Position numbers and translations under genes: made by a program. A DNA stretch of 36,005 bases from the NCBI GenBank assembly GCA_964534065.1, contig CAZHNR010000002.1:1412-37416 (forward strand), read 5' to 3'. Position 1 is the stretch's first letter; each line of letters begins with the position of its first letter. This document shows, one piece after another, positions 15,866 through 23,046 of the stretch. The notes below the pieces were generated by a model. It did no database searches. It was given only the letters and a program-made list of their open reading frames with translations, and was not told the origin of the DNA. The stretch is from an uncultured Methanosarcinales archaeon. Lineage in GTDB: Archaea > Nanobdellota > Nanobdellia > Woesearchaeales > SKGA01.

Positions 15866-15873
15866 TTATAAAA
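15866..15873 (+). promoter_or_regulatory. TATA box for the DUF1385 gene (leaderless-type spacing)
   Basis: TTATAAAA is centred about 28 nt upstream of ATG 15898, and no SD lies between them. Confidence 0.45.
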
Positions 15874-15897
15874 ACTCATATTGATTTCTGATTATCT

Positions 15898-16815
15898 ATG
15901 AAAATGAAGTTCTTTCGTGTGATTTGGTCGCTTTTCTTACTTATGGTAAGTAAACCTGTGTATGGTGGCCAGGCTGTCGTTCAGGGAGTTATGATGCGAG
16001 GAAAAGATCATTATGCTATTGCAGTACATAACGAGCAAGGATTGCAAGTTGAAACCTTTGAGTTCAAAAGCATCCGAAGTCGCTTCAAACCGCTCGGTTG
16101 GCCTTTTATCCGTGGTATTGTAGCATTTGTTGAAGCGATGATTATTGGCTACAAAAGTCTTATGCATTCGGCAAATATGGCTGCAGCTGAAGAAGAAGGC
16201 GAGGAAATGAGCGTATGGCTTCTTGTGGGAACTGTCGCACTGAGCGTGGTCCTAGGCCTAGCTCTGTTTAAGTTCCTGCCGCTGGGTGTTGCAACACTTC
16301 TTGACTCTTATTTTGCAGTACCGAGTTGGGTCTTTAACATTATTGATGGTGTGGTCACGTTACTTATTTTTGTCTTATATTTATACCTGATTGGACGTGC
16401 AGAAGATATTAAGGATTTATTCCGCTACCACGGAGGCGAGCACAAAGCAATTAATTGTTTGGAAGAAGGAAAAAGTTTATCGCTAAAAAACATACTTGCA
16501 AGTTCTCAAGTACATCTTCGGTGTGGAACAACTTTCATATTTGTTGTATTTCTGCTCAGTATATTGGTATACATTGCAATTCCAAAAACCTTGCCTTTCT
16601 TTGTGAATTTAGGTTTGCGCACGGCACTGCTTCCCTTAATTGCAGCACTTTCCTTTGAACTCCAGCAGTTTAGTGCTCGAAAAAATATTTGGGTACTGCG
16701 CACACTAATTACTCCAGGTCTCTGGCTACAAAGTTTCACAGTAAATACGCCTCGAGCAAAACACGCACGAGCAGCTCGTTCTGCTCTTGAAGCAGTGATA
16801 GCTGCAGAAAAATAA
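15898..16815 (+). CDS. DUF1385 (YqhQ-like) membrane protein
   Basis: 305 aa. YGGQAVVQGVMMRG near the N-terminus, YHGGEHKAIN in the middle, and about 5 TM helices. These two motifs define DUF1385. Confidence 0.75.
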   Translation: MKMKFFRVIWSLFLLMVSKPVYGGQAVVQGVMMRGKDHYAIAVHNEQGLQVETFEFKSIRSRFKPLGWPFIRGIVAFVEAMIIGYKSLMHSANMAAAEEEGEEMSVWLLVGTVALSVVLGLALFKFLPLGVATLLDSYFAVPSWVFNIIDGVVTLLIFVLYLYLIGRAEDIKDLFRYHGGEHKAINCLEEGKSLSLKNILASSQVHLRCGTTFIFVVFLLSILVYIAIPKTLPFFVNLGLRTALLPLIAALSFELQQFSARKNIWVLRTLITPGLWLQSFTVNTPRAKHARAARSALEAVIAAEK

Positions 16816-17172
16816 TTATTCTTTAGCGTAATGGCTAAAATCTTTAAGGAGTTGTGGTCGTCTCAGTAACTCTTCAAACTGCATACCATCTACTTGCTCG
16901 CGGAGAAGATTGAACTCTTGAATACGAATACATCGTTTTAATGCATGACCTATTGTGTGTATTTTTGAAATCGTCGTATGGATATCCTCTTGAATTTTAT
17001 CTAATTCTGCAGTGATACGTGCGCACTCTTCCTTCATCGTTTTTCTCTGAATGTCGCTGTGCACAGTAACTTTTTTACTTAATGTTTTGAGTTCTCTACT
17101 CTGTTTGTCAAGAGAGACTACTCGGTGCTTCATCTCTTGGATGATATGTGCAAGTTCAGTGGATGATTCCAT
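16816..17172 (-). CDS. Hypothetical coiled-coil protein
   Basis: 118 aa with heptad-rich, charged sequence and no recognisable motif. It abuts the DUF1385 stop with zero spacing (convergent). Confidence 0.35.
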   Translation of the reverse strand: MESSTELAHIIQEMKHRVVSLDKQSRELKTLSKKVTVHSDIQRKTMKEECARITAELDKIQEDIHTTISKIHTIGHALKRCIRIQEFNLLREQVDGMQFEELLRRPQLLKDFSHYAKE

Positions 17173-17292
17173 ACGTTTATTTTTACGACGTATCTTTATT
17201 AATCTTCTTTCTTTTCTCTAGTTTTTCATTACTAAGTACTCACAAAATATTTTTAAGCTATTTAGCGCCAATAGAACCTAGTGGGAAGTAGT

Positions 17293-17898
17293 ATGACGTC
17301 AATTCTTCAACCGCCTCGTGCTCCAACAGAGATAGCGAAGCGCAAAACTAGAGTGCCGGTATTGAAACAGTTTTTACACCGTTTAGGTGTTCTTAGGCAC
17401 GATCCTTTGGATCATTTACATAGCTTTCATCCGCCAGCTTACCACCCACTTTCATCGGCGGAACAAGAACGCATGCAACAAGAAGCACATCCTGTTCCTC
17501 CGCCTAAAGAATACGGCGTTGTGACAGACGAAGTAGTGGCTCCTTTTGAGCGAAAAATTGAAACGCTTATGCTGCAAAAACCGCACGAAAAAAAAGAAGT
17601 GCAACGAAATATTGCACCTATTGATCCGAAAGAATTTCTTCGAGAAACTGATTATGAACATCGAGAAGGTGAGCATCGCAAAGAGTTCGTACAAGAACCT
17701 GAACGAGTGAACGTACGAAGTACTTTCTCGCCACTAGGTAATTTTTCTCAACCTGCTGAAGATCATGCAGTGAGTGCATCTTCCAAATGGCATGAGGAAG
17801 AAAGAAGCCAAGATACTGATAAAGGAGCATTCACAAATTTTGAAGATGACGAAATTTTAGCAGCACCAAGTGCATTCGCCCAAGGTGGTGATTTGTGA
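17293..17898 (+). CDS. Hypothetical Pro/His/Glu-rich protein (probably disordered)
   Basis: The ORF track starts at GTG 17281; the first ATG is at 17293. The stop overlaps the next ATG (GTGATG, 4-nt overlap), implying co-translation with the 552-aa gene. Confidence 0.35.
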   Translation: MTSILQPPRAPTEIAKRKTRVPVLKQFLHRLGVLRHDPLDHLHSFHPPAYHPLSSAEQERMQQEAHPVPPPKEYGVVTDEVVAPFERKIETLMLQKPHEKKEVQRNIAPIDPKEFLRETDYEHREGEHRKEFVQEPERVNVRSTFSPLGNFSQPAEDHAVSASSKWHEEERSQDTDKGAFTNFEDDEILAAPSAFAQGGDL

Positions 17899-19553
17899 TG
17901 CGTCCCAATAAAAAAGAACTAAACAGAGATAACTTACCTGCGGGATTACACACGTCTTTACCCAGTGATTCTTTTGATCCTGAAAAATATCTTGCAGACA
18001 TAACAAAACTTCGAAAACAATTAGGTCTCACTGATTTACCTCTTCCCTCAGCTCCTCACGTAGATCAAAATACTCCTCATTTTGACCACGTACTTAGCCA
18101 AGCACCACCTGAAAATCTTTCTATAGAACAAAATACTATTACTGCGACTCCTGAAGAAAAAGATGATGCAAAAGATGATACCATTCCTTCTGTACCTTCT
18201 TCAACTCCAGTGGATTGGAGCTCGGCTGAACCGAAGCAGGATTTTGACGAGATTTATGATGCTGAACCTCTTGTAACTTCTAGCAAAGAAGCAGAAGCAC
18301 TTGCTGAACTGCGATCTAAGCTAGGCATTCATTTACCTGATGACTCTTTGCGAGCAATTCATGACCAACTCCACACGCAGGCTAGTTCTGACTCTGACGC
18401 AATGGCTGAACAATACGAACGAGAGCAAGCAGAAATTGCAGATACACAGGAAGATACCTTCGCGGATAAAAACAAGCAAGAACATTTTGTTCAAGATCTC
18501 ATGAGCTCCGTAGAATCTATGGCTTCTGAAACACAGGAAGATACTTCGGCGCAAACTATTGTGAGTGAAGAGAAAACTACTGCTGTACAAGAACATTCTG
18601 AAGAAGAACTGCAAGTCCCAACAGAACTTCCTGACACAGAAATATCATTGGATTTTTCAGAATCAAACAATGTATATGATGAGCACAAAACTGAAGAAGA
18701 CCATGAACAAGAGCTTCACGCAAAAGACGGGAAGAAGAATGAAGCTATACAGGAAATTAAACAGGAAGTCAAACATGAACCCGAACAGGAACCCGAGCAA
18801 GAAGTCAAGGACGACTTGGATGTAGATTTCATTCTTGACACTGTTTCTGAACCTGAGAAACAAGAAGTTGAGAAGCAAGAAGTTGGAAAACAAGAAGTTG
18901 AGAAAAAAGAACTCAAGGCTCAACAAGAAAAAACTGTTCTCAAACAAACAGAACCTGAAGTTCAACAACAGGCAACTGGCGAAAAACCTGCAGCAGCCCC
19001 AGTTACACAAACAGAAGATTTTACTCAACCAGTTCCAGAAAAAGAAGCATCACCTTCTTCAAATTTTACTGCTGAGCCTGTAACTACATTTGCTTCCTTC
19101 GATGAAGAATTAGACTATGAGTCTGAGCGACTAGCATCAAAATATGTAGCTCCCGCAGCGGAGATACCTTTATCTAAAGAACAAGTAGATAAAATTATTC
19201 TTACTGCGCCAGAAGAGATTACTCAGCCAGAAGAGGTCAGACCTGTAGAATTACAAAAGCAGCAAGATATTCATGATTATGTTGATGAGCATATCGTTCG
19301 ACTGACTAAGGACTTGCACCGTTTGCATCGAGGAGAAGATATGTTGCAAGAAAAATTGCTACATCTCAAAGAGGGAATTCTTCGATGCCGAGAGTATTTA
19401 CAGAAAGGTTACGTGCAAGAAGCTAAACGCTATTATAATGTGCTTAGTAAACTTTTTAATTCGATACGAGCAGACGATCCTCAACGAGCTAAATGGTTTG
19501 GAGTTATTAAGAAACTCTTTGACGATATATCTCAACAGGACAAACAACAGTAA
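17895..19553 (+). CDS. Hypothetical acidic low-complexity protein with a structured helical (TPR/MIT-like?) C-terminus
   Basis: 552 aa. It is very E/D/Q/T-rich, with internal EKQEV/EPEQ repeats. Two L..LR..LG(L/I) motifs occur near the N-terminus. The last ~90 aa form amphipathic helices (CREYLQKGYVQEAKRYYNVLSKLFNSI). Confidence 0.45.
   Translation: MMRPNKKELNRDNLPAGLHTSLPSDSFDPEKYLADITKLRKQLGLTDLPLPSAPHVDQNTPHFDHVLSQAPPENLSIEQNTITATPEEKDDAKDDTIPSVPSSTPVDWSSAEPKQDFDEIYDAEPLVTSSKEAEALAELRSKLGIHLPDDSLRAIHDQLHTQASSDSDAMAEQYEREQAEIADTQEDTFADKNKQEHFVQDLMSSVESMASETQEDTSAQTIVSEEKTTAVQEHSEEELQVPTELPDTEISLDFSESNNVYDEHKTEEDHEQELHAKDGKKNEAIQEIKQEVKHEPEQEPEQEVKDDLDVDFILDTVSEPEKQEVEKQEVGKQEVEKKELKAQQEKTVLKQTEPEVQQQATGEKPAAAPVTQTEDFTQPVPEKEASPSSNFTAEPVTTFASFDEELDYESERLASKYVAPAAEIPLSKEQVDKIILTAPEEITQPEEVRPVELQKQQDIHDYVDEHIVRLTKDLHRLHRGEDMLQEKLLHLKEGILRCREYLQKGYVQEAKRYYNVLSKLFNSIRADDPQRAKWFGVIKKLFDDISQQDKQQ
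18855..18914 (+). repeat. In-frame 15-nt tandem repeat (about 4 copies) inside the 552-aa ORF
   Basis: GAGAAACAAGAAGTT / GAGAAGCAAGAAGTT / GGAAAACAAGAAGTT / GAGAAAAAAGAACTC, encoding EKQEV-EKQEV-GKQEV-EKKEL. Confidence 0.85.
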
Positions 19554-19585
19554 GCTTTATACAATACTTCTTCTCACTGAAACGT

Positions 19586-20614
19586 ATGCATATGTATGAC
19601 ATGACAGATTGGGATGACCTTTTTTCTCAGATAAGTCTTTGTGCTTCCTTAGTTGTTCTCACTGCAAAACCATTGCGTCTTGATCATGCAAAGCTAAGTC
19701 AAGCTGAATGGGACTTTTTGCAACAGCTTTTTTTGAGGTTAGGGGCACAAATTACTACTACTGATACAGGATGTGTTATTTCACCTACTCATCAACCTCT
19801 TGTGCGTACTCATATGCTTACACTTCCTGAAAAAAAATCTATTCCTGAACTTATTGGAGGTTTACTTCCTTTACTACTCTTTTCAAACACTCAACTTGAG
19901 TTTACTTTTCATGGGGTAACGCATAGCCAGACAACGCAGAGTATCGCATGGTATCATGAACTTGTATTTCGCTACGTAATGCAGTACGTAGGCACCTATA
20001 GTTTAGCTGTCCCAAAAGCATCGCTTACGGATGACGGTGAAGTGGTGATGAAAGTTCAAAGCAAACAAGCACTTTCACAAGTTATTCCTTCCTTTGATGT
20101 GCAAACTCAAGAACTCTTAACGCATGTGGCTGTTGAACTTATCGACCGGTCAGAAGAAAAACTTATAGCTCACGAACGGCTTCTCCGGCTAGCGTATAAC
20201 AGGCTTAAGGTTCCTCTTCGTTTTAGCACACGCATCTCTACGTTTGCATCCCTTACACAAGTATTATTTTTTGGTTCTGAATACGGTTATGACAATGACT
20301 TTGCTTTTTTACAAGGAAATTCTCTTTGCGCAGAGAAATTTGTCGAAGCTGACTTGCTGGCAATGGTGAAAGGAGTGACTACTTTACGCGATAGAACTTT
20401 ACTTGGCACCAAAGAAACTTTCATTCTCTTACCTATTTTGGCTCTTACTGGTGGTTCTCTTCCTATAGAAGGAACACATCCTCGCTACGAGTCATTTCTT
20501 ACATTCCTTTCAGATTTTTTACGTGTAGATTTCACGACAAGTCCTCAATTAGTCCAAACTGAAGGTTATGGCCCTTTACACTGCCCTGAAGTGGTTGAGC
20601 TTGAAGATATTTAA
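19586..20614 (+). CDS. RNA 3'-terminal phosphate cyclase-like protein (RtcA/Rcl1 fold), highly divergent
   Basis: 342 aa. The sequence is collinear by eye with RtcA. [19 protein letters not shown] corresponds to [47 protein letters not shown] corresponds to [46 protein letters not shown] corresponds to [21 protein letters not shown]. The N-terminal GEGGGQ glycine loop is absent. Confidence 0.45.
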   Translation: [342 protein letters not shown]

Positions 20615-20728
20615 AACTTTAAACACAAAAAGATTTATAAATGTCTGACGACTTCTTCACAGCTACGAGCATCTGCTTGAAATCAAGAATTAGACATAAT
20701 TCTTTATAATTACAAAAGGTATAGTACA

Positions 20729-20890
20729 ATGGGAACAGGAACAGCAGCATTTGGCCGACGATCTGGTAAAAAATCACATATCCAATGTCGACGATGCGGA
20801 AAACATGCGTATCATGCACGACACGCTACATGCGCTTCATGTGGTTTTGGTAAGTCTGCAAAGCTACGAACATATAATTGGAACAAGTAA
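20729..20890 (+). CDS. rpl37e: 50S ribosomal protein L37e (eL37)
   Basis: Hand-translated 53-aa ORF, below the ORF-track cutoff: MGTGTAAFGRRSGKKSHIQCRRCGKHAYHARHATCASCGFGKSAKLRTYNWNK*. It has the canonical eL37 C4 zinc finger and the YNW tail. TATA CTTTATAAT lies about 20 nt upstream. Confidence 0.85.
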   Translation: MGTGTAAFGRRSGKKSHIQCRRCGKHAYHARHATCASCGFGKSAKLRTYNWNK

Positions 20891-20955
20891 GTTTTTTCTT
20901 TCGTATTCTTTCTCTAGGAGAAAATTATTTAAACAACATCAGTTGAGACTATCGT

Positions 20956-21585
20956 ATGATTAAATTCCTTAAAAATTTTTTTAGCAAGTTCCTTGGCAAG
21001 AAAAAGGATGTCAAACTAGGACTTTACGGTCCACCAAATGGTGGAAAAACGACACTCGCGAACCGAATCTGTGAAGATTGGCTGGGAGAAACTGAAGCTA
21101 TGGGCAGTGCTAGTGCTATGGCGCACGAGACTCGTGAAATTCAGATGAAAGAAGAAGTCGTTATTAAAGGTTCTAATGGGAAGGAATTAACATTTAACTT
21201 GATAGATACTCCTGGTATCGCTACTAAAATTGACTACGAAGACTTCATGAAAGATGGTATGAAGGAAAAAGAAGCGAAATCACGAGCTAAAGAAGCTACA
21301 AAAGGAGTTATTTCTGCTATCAAATGGCTTGATGACATGGATGCTGTCGTTGTTGTGCTTGACGCAACAAAAGACCCGTACTCTCAAGTAAATATTACTA
21401 TTATTGGAAATCTTGAAGCGCGAAAAATTCCTGTACTTGTTATTGCAAACAAAATAGATTTGAAAAAAGCAGACATCAAAAAAATTCAATCAGCATTCCC
21501 TCAATACAAAGTAATGGGAATCAGTGCAAAAACAGGAAAAAATGTCAAAAAATTCTATGATGAGCTCTTTGAGGTGACACGATAG
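20956..21585 (+). CDS. Small GTP-binding protein (archaeal Era-like/TRAFAC GTPase)
   Basis: 209 aa. G1 GPPNGGKT, G3 DTPG, G4 NKID, G5 SAK. A charged insertion lies between G3 and G4. Confidence 0.8.
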   Translation: MIKFLKNFFSKFLGKKKDVKLGLYGPPNGGKTTLANRICEDWLGETEAMGSASAMAHETREIQMKEEVVIKGSNGKELTFNLIDTPGIATKIDYEDFMKDGMKEKEAKSRAKEATKGVISAIKWLDDMDAVVVVLDATKDPYSQVNITIIGNLEARKIPVLVIANKIDLKKADIKKIQSAFPQYKVMGISAKTGKNVKKFYDELFEVTR

Positions 21586-21972
21586 ATGGGATTAACCTTA
21601 CAATTTATCCCCTACGGTCAGATTGAACCTTTGAATTCTGATGCTCGAATAGATAAGCTTCTTGAAGTTGTAAAGAACGATCATATTATAGTCCTGGAAG
21701 GAAGGCTTCGACCAGAAGAAGAAGCAGATCTTATTCAACGAACTATGGCAAGCATTGACCGGAAGTTCACAGGTATTGAGCTGTCTGTTATTTACCCTGA
21801 ACAGAAAAACGCAGATATGTTTAAACGTTTTCGTCAAGTATTCATCAATATGATTCTGGGTGATAGGCGAGGGCTTACTATTATTGGTCCTGCAAATATT
21901 GTCAAAGAAATTAAGCAAGATCCTGAAAAAATTCAACTCTTCACAAAAGATAATAAACGGAAGCGACGATGA
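21586..21972 (+). CDS. Conserved archaeal protein, DUF2073-like (partner of the GTPase)
   Basis: 128 aa. It starts 1 nt after the GTPase stop (TAGATG). The assignment rests on the remembered GTPase-DUF2073-Zn-ribbon gene trio of archaea and on its size, not on a motif I can verify. Confidence 0.4.
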   Translation: MGLTLQFIPYGQIEPLNSDARIDKLLEVVKNDHIIVLEGRLRPEEEADLIQRTMASIDRKFTGIELSVIYPEQKNADMFKRFRQVFINMILGDRRGLTIIGPANIVKEIKQDPEKIQLFTKDNKRKRR

Positions 21973-22037
21973 TACAGGTACAACTTACAAATCAAATTCT
22001 CGGGACATCTTTTATTTCCCTTAGAGGTAAATAAAAA

Positions 22038-22424
22038 ATGCCACACCAATGTGTATCTTGCGGAGCTTTCTACGAAAACGGTAGTCATGAAATCCTTAGC
22101 GGATGTAGTGTATGCGGTGGTAAACTCTTTTTTTACGTAAAGAAAGAGAAACTTGAGCAACTGCAACAAGATGAGCCACAACTCTTTAATCTCAGTGCAG
22201 ATGATAAGCGTCAAATCGAAGAAGATGTGTATGATATCTTAGGGGATGATGTTGATAAGTCTAAGCCTGTTGTTCTTGATATTGAAAGTATTAAAATTCT
22301 TAAACCAGGAAAATACGAACTAGATTTAGTGAATCTCTTCAAGAAAAAACAACCTTTAATCTACAAGTTAGAAGATGGGAAGTATATGATTGATATTATT
22401 GAAAGCTTTAAGAAGATGAGATAA
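22038..22424 (+). CDS. Zn-ribbon protein (DUF2072/COG3364-like)
   Basis: 128 aa. N-terminal CxxC...(14)...CxxC ribbon (MPHQCVSCGAFYENGSHEILSGCSVCGGKLFFYV), followed by an acidic linker and a small C-terminal domain. Confidence 0.55.
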   Translation: MPHQCVSCGAFYENGSHEILSGCSVCGGKLFFYVKKEKLEQLQQDEPQLFNLSADDKRQIEEDVYDILGDDVDKSKPVVLDIESIKILKPGKYELDLVNLFKKKQPLIYKLEDGKYMIDIIESFKKMR

Positions 22425-22469
22425 CATCTTCTTAAGGCCCAAGCCAATAAATTGGCTTAGGTTTTAAGA
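22411..22469 (+). terminator. Two consecutive strong hairpins at the end of the Zn-ribbon gene
   Basis: Hairpin 1: AAGAAGATG (22411-19) pairs with CATCTTCTT (22426-34), and its loop AGATAA contains the stop codon. Hairpin 2 spans 22432-22469: a 7-bp core AAGCCAA/TTGGCTT with loop TAAA, extended by 9 more pairs (2 G-U) after a 1x1 mismatch. The sequence downstream is T-rich. Confidence 0.4.
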
Positions 22470-22564
22470 AAATGCGGTAGCTTTTCTTGGAACCCTGAAA
22501 ATAAAATATTTTCATAGGCTTCAAAAAGATGCGTTGATTTTATTTTAATTTTTTCTTCAATAAA

Positions 22565-22572
22565 TTTATAAA
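22565..22572 (+). promoter_or_regulatory. TATA box for the 68-aa ORF (leaderless spacing)
   Basis: TTTATAAA is centred about 25 nt upstream of ATG 22594. Confidence 0.4.
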
Positions 22573-22593
22573 TCGTTTGTCTTATATCATGTT

Positions 22594-22800
22594 ATGGTTG
22601 ATTCTAATTATAATGCTTTAGTTTGTCTTGTCGAAGATACAGCTTATTCTTTGCGTCTTTCTCAAAAAAAACAACAAGAAAATCTTACACATCTTGTTGT
22701 ACAATATGCAACTCGTGAAGCGATGAAAGACGTTCGTCTTCCAAAATGTGTTCGGGATGGAACTGTTAAAGTTGATCTTTATGGCAGAATGAAAGATTAA
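22594..22800 (+). CDS. Hypothetical 68-aa protein
   Basis: The ORF has a consensus TATA at leaderless distance. No recognisable motif. Confidence 0.35.
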   Translation: MVDSNYNALVCLVEDTAYSLRLSQKKQQENLTHLVVQYATREAMKDVRLPKCVRDGTVKVDLYGRMKD

Positions 22801-22832
22801 TTTTTAAGATATAATTTATTTGTTAAAAAGAA

Positions 22833-22994
22833 GCGGTAGTCAATTATCTTGTATTATGACACCTTTATTTCAAGACCTTGCTGCTTGCCAGTTCCACTAC
22901 CTAGGATAGGAACCTCACGAGTTTTGTCAAGCCCTAGGACGACGCAGGTATTCAGCAAGTGACTACCGAAGTATGTTGAGTCTTGTCTGTTTTT
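22833..22994 (+). ncRNA. Candidate structured non-coding RNA (class unknown)
   Basis: GC-rich island: I count 51 G+C in 22871-22970, against 3 of 30 in 22801-22830. GATATAAT (22808-15) lies about 25 nt upstream of the first stem. Long-range 9-bp stem CGGTAGTCA (22834-42) / TGACTACCG (22960-68), stacked on a 7-bp stem CTTGCTG (22877-83) / CAGCAAG (22953-59). Local hairpins TCTTG/CAAGA (22847-75) and GTTCC/GGAAC (22891-913). Two CCTAGG palindromes (22900, 22933). A T5 run lies at 22990-94. The longest ORF here is 16 aa. Confidence 0.3.
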
Positions 22995-23046
22995 AAAATT
23001 AGCTACTTTCCACAGATTTTTAAACTTCTTTTCTTTTCATTTCTTT

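Noticed and set aside
15594-15897. Replication origin at the strand-switch intergenic region
   Set aside because: There is no orc1/cdc6 gene adjacent and no ORB-like long repeats. Only short TTTGAAA/TTTCAAA words recur, which is expected by chance in AT-rich DNA.
18333-19083. Multiple overlapping ORFs on both strands (18333..18614, 18491..18688, 18565..18825, 18663..19028, 18716..18916, 18835..19083)
   Set aside because: All lie within the purine-rich, repeat-containing part of the 552-aa ORF. Low-complexity sequence keeps several frames open, and their translations are homopolymer-like (F/L/S- or K/N-rich).
20619-20963. ORFs 20619..20819 (-) and 20751..20963 (+)
   Set aside because: They overlap the clearly recognisable rpl37e reading frame and its promoter. 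They have no motifs.
22833-22994. Identification of the GC-rich element as tRNA (or split/intron tRNA), H/ACA sRNA, C/D sRNA, SRP RNA or RNase P RNA
   Set aside because: No T-loop (TTCRAAT) or D-loop consensus on either strand. No ANA box 3' of the closing stem. No RUGAUGA/CUGA box pairs. It is too short and lacks the conserved SRP helix-8 or RNase P CR-I/CR-V motifs. The class is left open.
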